A DNA stretch of 32,000 bases from Erysipelothrix larvae. Lineage in GTDB: Bacteria; Bacillota_I; Bacilli_A; Erysipelotrichales; Erysipelotrichaceae. Both the position numbers and the translations under genes were made by a program. This document shows positions 15,244 to 22,808 of this stretch, one piece after another. A model generated the notes under the pieces. The model was not told the DNA's origin and did no database searches. It saw only the letters and a list, made by a program, of their open reading frames with translations. Numbering within the stretch: position 1 is the first letter of the stretch; every line of letters starts with the position of its first letter. Location: NCBI RefSeq assembly GCF_001545095.1, contig NZ_CP013213.1:1200001-1232000 (forward strand), given 5' to 3'.

Positions 15244-15312
15244 TTTTTATCATATATGCATTCAATTGGGAATGTGTTTCTACCTGGAACCGTAAATTCC
15301 AGACTATGATAG
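15244..15312 (+). promoter_or_regulatory. Purine riboswitch aptamer, guanine/hypoxanthine class (C at the discriminator position)
   Basis: ..TCATATATGCATTCAATTGGGAATGTGTTTCTACCTGGAACCGTAAATTCCAGACTATGATAG. It contains the invariant GTTTCTACC, CCGTAAA and GACTATG blocks. P1, P2 and P3 helices can be drawn by hand. C 15304 corresponds to C74. Confidence 0.85.
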
Positions 15313-15325
15313 AAAGTTCTTTTTG

Positions 15326-15358
15326 GCTTTCTTTCATTTGATTGAAAGCTTTTTTATT
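15326..15358 (+). terminator. Riboswitch expression-platform intrinsic terminator
   Basis: GCTTTC (15326-15331) pairs with GAAAGC (15344-15349) and is followed directly by TTTTTTATTT. Its 5' arm can instead pair with the 3' half of P1 plus AGAAAG (15307-15316), giving an antiterminator. Confidence 0.7.
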
Positions 15359-15376
15359 TAGATTTAGGAGGAAAGA

Positions 15377-16210
15377 ATGAAGAAAAGCATCTATACAACT
15401 CTTGTATTACCATGCTTTATTTTGGTTACAGTTGTACTAATTGTACCCATTGTAATGATTGTAATCCCTTCTTTCACAGAAGGAGGATTATCACTCACTC
15501 ATTATATTACGTTTTTGAGTGATCCATTTTACCAAGGAATTTTATGGAGAACACTCAAGCTCTCTGTGATCACAACGCTTATCTGTGCATTATTTGGAAT
15601 ACCTACTGCCTATTTCATTTCAATCCAAAAGAAATCGGTAAAAAGTTTACTTCAGGCGCTTGTCATGTTTCCCCTTCTTACAAACGCTGTAGTGCGTGGA
15701 TTCGCGTGGATGAATGTTTTAGGAAGAAATGGATTAATCAATAAATTCTTAATGAGTTTATCTCTGATCGAAGAACCCCTTTCTCTGATGTATACTGAGC
15801 TTGCAATTGTGGTTGGTTCTGTCTATCTGTTTTTACCACTTATGATTACAACGTTAACATCGGTAATGGAGAACATTGACAGCGATCTTGTGAATGCGAC
15901 CTTGAGTTTAGGTGCAAAACCATATCAAGTCTTCTTTAAAGTGATTATTCCATTATGTTTCTCAGGCATCTTAGTTGGTAGTGTTCTTGTATTTACTGGA
16001 ACATTGAGCGCGTATACAACCCCTTCATTATTAGGGGGTAATCAAAATATGATGCTCGCTACTTTGTTATACCAACAAGCGAACCAATTATCCAATTGGA
16101 CGAATGCCGGGATGATTTCACTCATCATGATTGTCTTATCATTAACAGTAATGAAAGGTATGAATCGACTCAGCAAACGGCTTGATAAGCGAGGTTATGA
16201 ACATGCGTAA
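15377..16210 (+). CDS. ABC transporter permease (PotB-like, binding-protein-dependent transport family)
   Basis: ORF 15377..16210, about 6 TM. EAA-type loop ..NIDSDLVNATLSLGAKPYQVFFKVIIP.. SD AGGAGG. Confidence 0.9.
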   Translation: MKKSIYTTLVLPCFILVTVVLIVPIVMIVIPSFTEGGLSLTHYITFLSDPFYQGILWRTLKLSVITTLICALFGIPTAYFISIQKKSVKSLLQALVMFPLLTNAVVRGFAWMNVLGRNGLINKFLMSLSLIEEPLSLMYTELAIVVGSVYLFLPLMITTLTSVMENIDSDLVNATLSLGAKPYQVFFKVIIPLCFSGILVGSVLVFTGTLSAYTTPSLLGGNQNMMLATLLYQQANQLSNWTNAGMISLIMIVLSLTVMKGMNRLSKRLDKRGYEHA

Positions 16211-16982
16211 AAACGTAGGAATAAACAGTATCGCACTCATCACTCTTTTATTTATTGGACTTCCTTTAATTATGATTGCAACTACAGCATTTGGAGAAGC
16301 TGCTGTTATTCAGTTTCCAATTCAAGGATTTACTTTTAAATGGTTTGGAGATGTACTAAATACCCGAAGCTTGATGACAAGTTTATGGACTAGTGTTCGC
16401 CTTGCAGTCATCGCATCGATGATTGGTTTGATGATTGGCTTACCAACAAGTTATGCCCTCACTAAAAATAACTCTAAGATGAGTCAGCGCCTCTTGTCAT
16501 TCTTTCTATCACCAAACTTAGTACCTGGCATTGTGATGGGGTTTGCACTATTTAAAACATTAACCCTCACCTTTAGATTAACTGTATGGACATCGTTGAT
16601 CTTAGGCCATCTCATGATTGTTTTGCCCTATACCATACGCATACTTGCAGCAAGCATGCGTGAACTTGATCCAAGCATTGAAGAAGCAGCACGCAGTTTA
16701 GGATGTAAACCAGTAGAAACGTTCATCCGGGTGGTGATTCCCAATCTAAAAGGATCTATCTTTGCAGCACTCATTATGTCATTTATCAATTCATTTAATA
16801 ACTTACCCGTATCTTTATTCTTAAAGGGACCGGGCGTAAATACATTACCTGCTGCATTAATGAATCATTTGGAGTATAACTTCAACCCTACAGTAAGTGC
16901 TTTATCGGTAATTCTAATGGTGATTACCTTTGTGATGATGTTACTTATTGAAAAAACAATCGGCTTATCGGAGGTGCGTTAG
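16203..16982 (+). CDS. ABC transporter permease (PotC-like)
   Basis: ORF 16182..16982 trimmed to ATG 16203 (MRKNVGINS..), which overlaps the upstream stop by 8 nt. EAA loop ..ELDPSIEEAARSLGCKPVETFIRVVIP.. Confidence 0.9.
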   Translation: MRKNVGINSIALITLLFIGLPLIMIATTAFGEAAVIQFPIQGFTFKWFGDVLNTRSLMTSLWTSVRLAVIASMIGLMIGLPTSYALTKNNSKMSQRLLSFFLSPNLVPGIVMGFALFKTLTLTFRLTVWTSLILGHLMIVLPYTIRILAASMRELDPSIEEAARSLGCKPVETFIRVVIPNLKGSIFAALIMSFINSFNNLPVSLFLKGPGVNTLPAALMNHLEYNFNPTVSALSVILMVITFVMMLLIEKTIGLSEVR

Positions 16983-17969
16983 ATGATAAAAGGTCAATTA
17001 AAAAATATCAGTGTCAGTTACAACAAGAAGGATTTAATCTTAAAGTCATTAAATCTTGACATCCATGAAGGAGAACTCTTATCACTTTTAGGCCCTTCGG
17101 GTTGTGGCAAATCTACAACCTTACGCACAATTGCTGGATTTCTAGATGTTGTAGATGGCAGTTTTATACTTGATGGTGACGATTACACACGCAAACATAT
17201 TCATGATCGAGATTTTGGTATTGTATTTCAAAGTTACGCATTGTTCCCCCACCTTAATGTTTTTGACAATGTTGCATTTGGACTTAAACTTCGAAAAATG
17301 GACAAGAAAACCATTCTGGAGAAGGTATCCCGGATGCTTGAAATCTGTAATCTAACTGGATATGAGAACCGTGTGCCTCAACAACTTTCAGGTGGGCAAC
17401 GTCAACGTGTTGCACTTGCCAGAGCTTTAGTGATTGAACCCAAACTCTTATTGTTGGATGAGCCTTTGAGTAATCTTGATGCACAGCTACGTATTCAGAT
17501 GCGTAATGAAATTAAACGAATTCAACGTGAACTCAATATCACGACAATATTCGTAACTCATGATCAAGAGGAATGCTTTGCGATTAGCGATCGAGTTGCA
17601 GTTATGAAAGATGGGATTATTGAACAACTCGATTGTCCTGAAACTATCTATGCACAACCTAAAACGGAATATGTTGCTCGATTTGTGGGTTTTGAAAATT
17701 TCATTGATCCCATGAAATTGCCATATGATACACAAAACCACCCCAATACCCTAGCATGTATTCGCCCCGATGATATTAAAGTCACTCAAACAGGTTGGCT
17801 AAAAGCTGAAGTGATGAGTCATGAATACTTAGGGAATCGTTATCAACTTGTTTTAAATACTGAACTTGGAATGCTTAAATGCATCCACACTCAACGTATT
17901 GAGGAAGCAAGCTCAATACTTATTGATTTACCAGAGCATAAAATATGCTATGTACAGGAGGAAAAATGA
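16983..17969 (+). CDS. ABC transporter ATP-binding protein (PotA/CysA-like)
   Basis: ORF 16983..17969. Walker A GPSGCGKST, signature LSGGQRQRVA, Walker B LLLLDEP and H-loop VTHD. Confidence 0.9.
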   Translation: MIKGQLKNISVSYNKKDLILKSLNLDIHEGELLSLLGPSGCGKSTTLRTIAGFLDVVDGSFILDGDDYTRKHIHDRDFGIVFQSYALFPHLNVFDNVAFGLKLRKMDKKTILEKVSRMLEICNLTGYENRVPQQLSGGQRQRVALARALVIEPKLLLLDEPLSNLDAQLRIQMRNEIKRIQRELNITTIFVTHDQEECFAISDRVAVMKDGIIEQLDCPETIYAQPKTEYVARFVGFENFIDPMKLPYDTQNHPNTLACIRPDDIKVTQTGWLKAEVMSHEYLGNRYQLVLNTELGMLKCIHTQRIEEASSILIDLPEHKICYVQEEK

Positions 17970-19012
17970 AAAAATTAGGATTAGGACTTATCGCTTCTTT
18001 AGTGCTTTTAAGCGGATGTAGTACTGGAAATAAAGATTCAGAAACGCGAGAACTTGTTATCTCAACATGGGGTTTAAGCGAAGACGTCTTAATGGAAGAT
18101 GTGTATGGGCCTTTTGAAGAGGCATTCAATGTAAAAATTGTATTAGATACAGGGACTACATCTGAACGCTATACAAAGCTCGCAAATGATTCAAATTCGA
18201 CAGTTGATATTATTGATTTATCGCAAAAAGCAGCAGCAGATGGTTATGAAGCTGGATTGTTTGAAAAACTTGACTACAGTAAAATACCAAATGCTCAAGA
18301 TTTAATTCCAAGCGCAAAATCACTTACAGAAACTGGTTTTGGACCTGCTTATACAATCAATAGTATTGGAATTATTTACAACCCTGAAACTGTATCAATT
18401 GACATCAAAGAGTGGTCAGATTTATGGGACCCTTCACTAAAAGGCCGCATCTCTATTCCTGACATCTCTACAACATTTGGTCCAGCTACAATCGTGATGG
18501 CTAGTGATGTGAAAGGCGTGGATATTAAGAGTGATAACGGTGCTGCTGCTTTTAGCGCATTAGAAGCACTAAAACCGAACGTATTGAAAACATATTCAAA
18601 ATCAAGTGACCTTGCAATGATGTTTGCAAATGGTGAAATTGATGTCGCAATTGTCGGTGATTTTGGATTCCCAGTTATAAAGAATGCTTTAGACACAGTT
18701 AAGTACATCGTTCCTGCTTCTGGAACTTATGCAAATTTCAACACTGTTGATATCAACGTGAACTCAAAGAATAAAGATTTAGCGTATGAGTTTATTAACT
18801 TCAGACTCAGTGTTCAACAACAACTTCAAAATGCTTCAGCACAAACCTTAAACGAAGCACCGGTAAATTCAAACGTTGAATTGTCTGATGAAGATGCCCA
18901 AAACAAAACATATGGTGACATTGCAAATCGTGCAAAGGCACTCGATTACAGCTTTATTAATCCATTAATGTCCGAATGGATTGACCAATATAACCGTATT
19001 ATGAACCAATAA
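17966..19012 (+). CDS. PotD/PotF-family extracellular solute-binding lipoprotein; ligand uncertain
   Basis: ORF 17945..19012 trimmed to ATG 17966 after AGGAGG (ATGA overlap with the ATPase stop). Lipoprotein signal MKKLGLGLIASLVLLSGC (lipobox LSGC). Confidence 0.9.
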   Translation: MKKLGLGLIASLVLLSGCSTGNKDSETRELVISTWGLSEDVLMEDVYGPFEEAFNVKIVLDTGTTSERYTKLANDSNSTVDIIDLSQKAAADGYEAGLFEKLDYSKIPNAQDLIPSAKSLTETGFGPAYTINSIGIIYNPETVSIDIKEWSDLWDPSLKGRISIPDISTTFGPATIVMASDVKGVDIKSDNGAAAFSALEALKPNVLKTYSKSSDLAMMFANGEIDVAIVGDFGFPVIKNALDTVKYIVPASGTYANFNTVDINVNSKNKDLAYEFINFRLSVQQQLQNASAQTLNEAPVNSNVELSDEDAQNKTYGDIANRAKALDYSFINPLMSEWIDQYNRIMNQ

Positions 19013-20676
19013 TGATTACACGTTTTACCAACATTAACGTTTTTAATACATCGCAACGGCAGTTTGAACTGCTTGATGTATATATTAAAGACACTATATT
19101 TTATTACATAGGGAATGACATCATTCCCTATGATGCTCTTGTAGATGGACAGGGTCGTTATATGATACCAGGTCTTATCGATTCCCACATGCACATCGAA
19201 AGTTCCATGACGACGCCACAAGAGTTCTCTAACACTGTGTTACCTTTAGGAACGACAACAATTCTCGCAGATGCTCATGAAGTGGGTAATGTTTTTGGCT
19301 ATGATGGTTTAGTCGAATACATGAACCAGACGCAACGACTGGATGTGTTTTATGCCATCCCCTCTTCAGTTCCTTCCACAAATCCGTCACTGGAAACAAC
19401 CGGTGGTTATGTAGATGAAACAATTGTATCAAAACTTGCATTGCATCCTAAAGTGATAGCTTTAGGTGAAATCATGAATTTTAAAGATCTTACTTCCGAT
19501 GAAGATACACTTACGAAACGTATTGTATCTACCTTTAAAGAGGTAAAACCGAATCATCCAATTGAAGGACATATTCCACGCATTTCAGGACTGGGTCTAT
19601 CAAAATTCATTATGCAAGGGATTGGTTCAGATCATACACAACAAACCCCACAATCACTGTTAGAGAAAACACGCAATGGTTTAATTATTCAGCTTCAAGA
19701 AAAATCATTGAATCGTGCATTGGTTGAGACCATCATTGACTATGATTTATTCAATTTTGTTTCGCTTGTCACAGATGATGTCATGCCTGATGACCTTCTT
19801 AATAAAGGTCACCTTAATCATCTGATAAAAAAATGCATTTCATATGGTATGAAACCTGTGGATGCGATATACATTGCAACCCACACACCAGCACAACGCA
19901 TCCAACGCTTTGATCGTGGTATGATTGCTCCAGGGAAAATAGCAGACGCTGTGATACTGGAGTCACTCGAACACTTTGAAATTTATGATGTCCTTAAATC
20001 TGGGAAATCAGTCAATCAACTTTCCAAAGATCCGATACCCTCGTTTCATGAAGCTTCATTAAATTCAATCAAACGCGCTCCCCTATCTTACGAAGATTTT
20101 GTTGTTACATCATCTAAAGCAGTTGAGACAGTGCGTATCATGTCTCGTGAAATGGGATCTACCTTTACACAAGAAAAGCATATTCAAGTCCCAGTAAAAG
20201 ACGGTTTATTATCATGGAAAGAGTGTGGATTGAACCTTATATGTGTCATTGAACGCTATGGACACAATGCACCACTCAAATTTGGATTTGTTGAAAATGG
20301 CTTTGATAAACCTTGTGCTCTGGCAACATCGTGGGCACATGATCATCACAACATCCTCGTTATGGGCAATGATATTCAAAAAATTGTAGACGCCGTAAAT
20401 ACTATCATTGTGAATCAAGGTGGAATCATTTGCATCAACGATGAATCAGTCTTCGCTCCTTTAAGTTATGGCGGGATTGTATCATTAGAACCAATGGATG
20501 TACTCGCAACTAAAATCGAAAAAATTCGAGATATGATGGCAAAATCAGGATATATCAGTCATAATGAAATCATGAGTTTCTGTGTTCTATCCTTGCTTGT
20601 ATCACCAGAAATTAAAATTAGCGATAAAGGATATGTAAACACGACAACCCAAGAAATTCTAGATTGGAGTGTATAA
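19012..20676 (+). CDS. ade: Adenine deaminase (amidohydrolase superfamily)
   Basis: ORF 19012..20676, 554 aa. ..YMIPGLIDSHMHIESSM.. and the overall length match adenine deaminase (AdeC/Ade). The start overlaps the SBP stop (TAATG). Confidence 0.9.
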   Translation: MITRFTNINVFNTSQRQFELLDVYIKDTIFYYIGNDIIPYDALVDGQGRYMIPGLIDSHMHIESSMTTPQEFSNTVLPLGTTTILADAHEVGNVFGYDGLVEYMNQTQRLDVFYAIPSSVPSTNPSLETTGGYVDETIVSKLALHPKVIALGEIMNFKDLTSDEDTLTKRIVSTFKEVKPNHPIEGHIPRISGLGLSKFIMQGIGSDHTQQTPQSLLEKTRNGLIIQLQEKSLNRALVETIIDYDLFNFVSLVTDDVMPDDLLNKGHLNHLIKKCISYGMKPVDAIYIATHTPAQRIQRFDRGMIAPGKIADAVILESLEHFEIYDVLKSGKSVNQLSKDPIPSFHEASLNSIKRAPLSYEDFVVTSSKAVETVRIMSREMGSTFTQEKHIQVPVKDGLLSWKECGLNLICVIERYGHNAPLKFGFVENGFDKPCALATSWAHDHHNILVMGNDIQKIVDAVNTIIVNQGGIICINDESVFAPLSYGGIVSLEPMDVLATKIEKIRDMMAKSGYISHNEIMSFCVLSLLVSPEIKISDKGYVNTTTQEILDWSV

Positions 20677-21974
20677 TGAAAACCTTTATAAATACAACGA
20701 TTGTGACATTGGATCGGTTTGATACCATTATTAAGCACGGATATATTCGAATTAATTCTGACCAAATTATCGAAATGGGACCCATGGATCAATGGGTTCC
20801 CATCGTCGATGAAACGGTTCATGACATGAATAATACGATTGTTATGCCTGGGCTGATCAATGCACACACCCATTTGGGATTAATTCCCCTTCGATCACTC
20901 AAAGATGATATGCCCGATCGTCTTCGATTGTTCCTATTCCCGATGGAACAGAAATATATGAGTGAGCAAACAGTTCGTGACGCATCACTTTATGGAGCGC
21001 TTGAATCCTTATTAAACGGTACGACGACACTGTGTGATATGTATTACTATTCAAATTCAGTGTGTGAAGTTTTAGATGAAGTGGGTGTCCGTGCATTTGT
21101 GGGACAGACTATTGTTAAGGATTCTCAAATTGATTATCAAACACAAGAGGCTGCCCTCAATCAGACAAAAGCACTCATTCGTAAGTGGCGTCAACATCCA
21201 TTAATTACACCGATGATTGCGCCTCACGGTACAACAACCCTTAGTGAGGAAATCCTAATTAAAATCCATGATTTATCAAAACAAACAGATACAAAAGTTA
21301 TGATGCATGTCTCAGAAATGGATTATGAAATGCGCGCATTTCTCCCTATGTCACCCATTGAATATTTAAATTCAATAAACATGCTTGATGATAACTTTAT
21401 CGCAGTTCATGTGATTCATACAAATAACAAAGACATTAAATTACTCGCGCAAACAAACACGAGTGTCGTAAGTTGCCCTGCAGCTAATATGAAAGCAGGC
21501 AAAGGGATCGTTGATGTTAAATCAATGATTGAGCACGGTATATGTGTTGGTCTTGGTACAGATGGTCCGATTAGTGGCAATACACTGGATCTTATGAGTA
21601 CCATGCGTCTTACAGGGTATGCTCAAAAAACAAATAATCATGATCGTGCTCTATTATCCAGTAAAGAACTATTAAAAATGGCGACAATAAATAGTGCTCA
21701 ACTTTTGGGCATCGATCATTTAGTTGGATCACTTGAAATTAATAAAAAAGCGGACCTTTTATTTGTTGATACGACACAATCAAATATGTTTCCAATCCAT
21801 GATGTTGAAGCAACACTTGTCTATCAATTCCAACCTCAAAACGTCCATACAGTGATTGTAAATGGTGTAATACAAGTCAGTAATCATAAACTTGTTAATT
21901 ATGACCTTAATGCGATAAAAAAGAGAATCATGCCTGTACTCGAACAGATTGCATCCCATACAAAGAACATTTAA
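20676..21974 (+). CDS. Amidohydrolase of the COG0402 / TRZ-ATZ family, MtaD-like (5'-methylthioadenosine / S-adenosylhomocysteine / adenosine-type deaminase)
   Basis: ORF 20664..21974 (TTG) trimmed to ATG 20676 after GGAG (TAATG overlap). Contains ..MPGLINAHTHLGL..LKDDMP..LFPMEQ.., ..HVSE.. and ..GLGTDGPISGNTLD.. motifs. Exact substrate not determinable by eye. Confidence 0.85.
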   Translation: MKTFINTTIVTLDRFDTIIKHGYIRINSDQIIEMGPMDQWVPIVDETVHDMNNTIVMPGLINAHTHLGLIPLRSLKDDMPDRLRLFLFPMEQKYMSEQTVRDASLYGALESLLNGTTTLCDMYYYSNSVCEVLDEVGVRAFVGQTIVKDSQIDYQTQEAALNQTKALIRKWRQHPLITPMIAPHGTTTLSEEILIKIHDLSKQTDTKVMMHVSEMDYEMRAFLPMSPIEYLNSINMLDDNFIAVHVIHTNNKDIKLLAQTNTSVVSCPAANMKAGKGIVDVKSMIEHGICVGLGTDGPISGNTLDLMSTMRLTGYAQKTNNHDRALLSSKELLKMATINSAQLLGIDHLVGSLEINKKADLLFVDTTQSNMFPIHDVEATLVYQFQPQNVHTVIVNGVIQVSNHKLVNYDLNAIKKRIMPVLEQIASHTKNI

Positions 21975-22000
21975 AGCACACTAATCTGTGCTTTTTCTTT
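21975..22000 (+). terminator. Intrinsic terminator of the ABC-deaminase operon
   Basis: AGCACA-CTAATC-TGTGCT followed by TTTTTCTTT, starting 1 nt after the stop. Confidence 0.8.
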
Positions 22001-22286
22001 ACGTATATTGAACACTTCTTATCATCGTGATGAGTGCAATTGACAAATAAACCCATTACACGTCTCAAAAGAATGATTGAACTAACGATTTGGATTGAGT
22101 TCAGTTTTATATGTGTTTCTTTTTTGTGTTATTGAAATTGCTAAAATCCGTATCTAAACCTTCTAAAGATTGGCTTTCACCAATCCATGATCTTAAATCA
22201 AAAAATCAATGTTAATGTTCATGAATCATTTTGTACGTGTGCATCTTAGAAGTAAAAGTTTGTCGTATACGATACAAAATGGGTTG

Positions 22287-22435
22287 AAAAAAACACTCAA
22301 TTATCGAGTGTTTTATCAAGGAGAATATTACATATCATCAAGAGCTACTCTCAGGTATTTGGCACCTACCTACAGAAATCTCAATGGATATATAATATCG
22401 AGAACACTTATAAAGTGTCTTCATATGGCAATAAC
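22287..22435 (-). ncRNA. Candidate ~150-nt small RNA (unassigned family)
   Basis: Bounded by a near-consensus promoter (22442-22470) and a hairpin ACACTC-N7-GAGTGT plus a U7 terminator (22311..22287). Internal 10-bp hairpin at about 22398-22420. UUCUCCUU lies just 5' of the terminator. The only ORF is 28 codons without an SD. Confidence 0.35.
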
Positions 22436-22441
22436 AAAATG

Positions 22442-22470
22442 ATTATACAACAACTTGAAAACGTTTACAA
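22442..22470 (-). promoter_or_regulatory. sigmaA-type promoter (TTGTAA-N17-TATAAT) of the candidate sRNA
   Basis: -35 at 22470..22465, a 17-nt spacer, and -10 TATAAT at 22447..22442. No protein gene lies downstream on this strand. Confidence 0.5.
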
Positions 22471-22643
22471 TATTGTTCATAATTTCACACAGTTTTCACG
22501 CTTTCCGTTTTCATCACACGAATCAATCATTGATTAAAAACCAAAGCGTATCCCTTTTCAAATAGTTGTATTATGTAGTGTGTCATAAGAATCAGCTTGT
22601 GTTGATTCATCGTTATTTTTTGTGGTTATTTTCTATTTTCTAC

Positions 22644-22672
22644 TTGAAATAATCACAGTAATGAGCTATTAT
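22644..22672 (+). promoter_or_regulatory. sigmaA-type promoter of tRNA-Leu (TTGAAA-N17-TATTAT)
   Basis: -35 at 22644-22649 and -10 at 22667-22672, 11 nt upstream of the mature tRNA 5' end. Confidence 0.5.
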
Positions 22673-22683
22673 ATTATAGCAAT

Positions 22684-22770
22684 GCCCAAGTGGTGAAATC
22701 GGTAGACGCACTGGACTCAAAATCCAGCGAGGTAAAACTCATGACGGTTCGAGTCCGTCCTTGGGCACCA
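22684..22770 (+). tRNA. tRNA-Leu (anticodon CAA), type II with long variable arm, CCA encoded
   Basis: GCCCAAG..CTTGGGC acceptor stem. Anticodon arm CTGGA-CTCAAAA-TCCAG. T-arm GGTTCGAGTCC. Ends in ACCA. 87 nt. Confidence 0.95.
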
Positions 22771-22787
22771 TATATATATTCACAATT

Positions 22788-22808
22788 CCACTCTTCAGTG
22801 GTTTTTTT
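22788..22808 (+). terminator. Intrinsic terminator after tRNA-Leu
   Basis: CCACT-CTTC-AGTGG followed by TTTTTTT. Confidence 0.75.

Noticed and set aside
15123-15247. Tandem ykkC-subtype (PRPP/ppGpp) or other second aptamer upstream of the guanine aptamer
   Set aside because: A CUAGGG string is present (15135-15140). The other conserved ykkC blocks (GGUCCGAGAG, ACACGG, GGGA..CCCGGGAGA) are absent, and I could not fit any other riboswitch consensus. Reported only as an unexplained leader.
17155-21604. Short sense and antisense ORFs inside the ABC/deaminase operon (e.g. 17284-17484, 18376-18708, 19229-19441, 20559-20873, 21416-21604)
   Set aside because: They overlap strongly supported CDSs in other frames and have no independent signals.
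22338-22424. 28-codon ORF (MKTLYKCSRYYISIEISVGRCQIPESSS) inside the sRNA candidate; considered as a type I toxin or small protein
   Set aside because: It has no SD and is not hydrophobic as type I toxins are. The ATG sits only about 11 nt from the predicted 5' end. I keep it as a caveat only.
22209-22442. 77-aa plus-strand ORF in the gene-poor region
   Set aside because: It has no SD or promoter and a basic, aromatic, junk-like sequence. It overlaps the better-supported minus-strand promoter/terminator unit.
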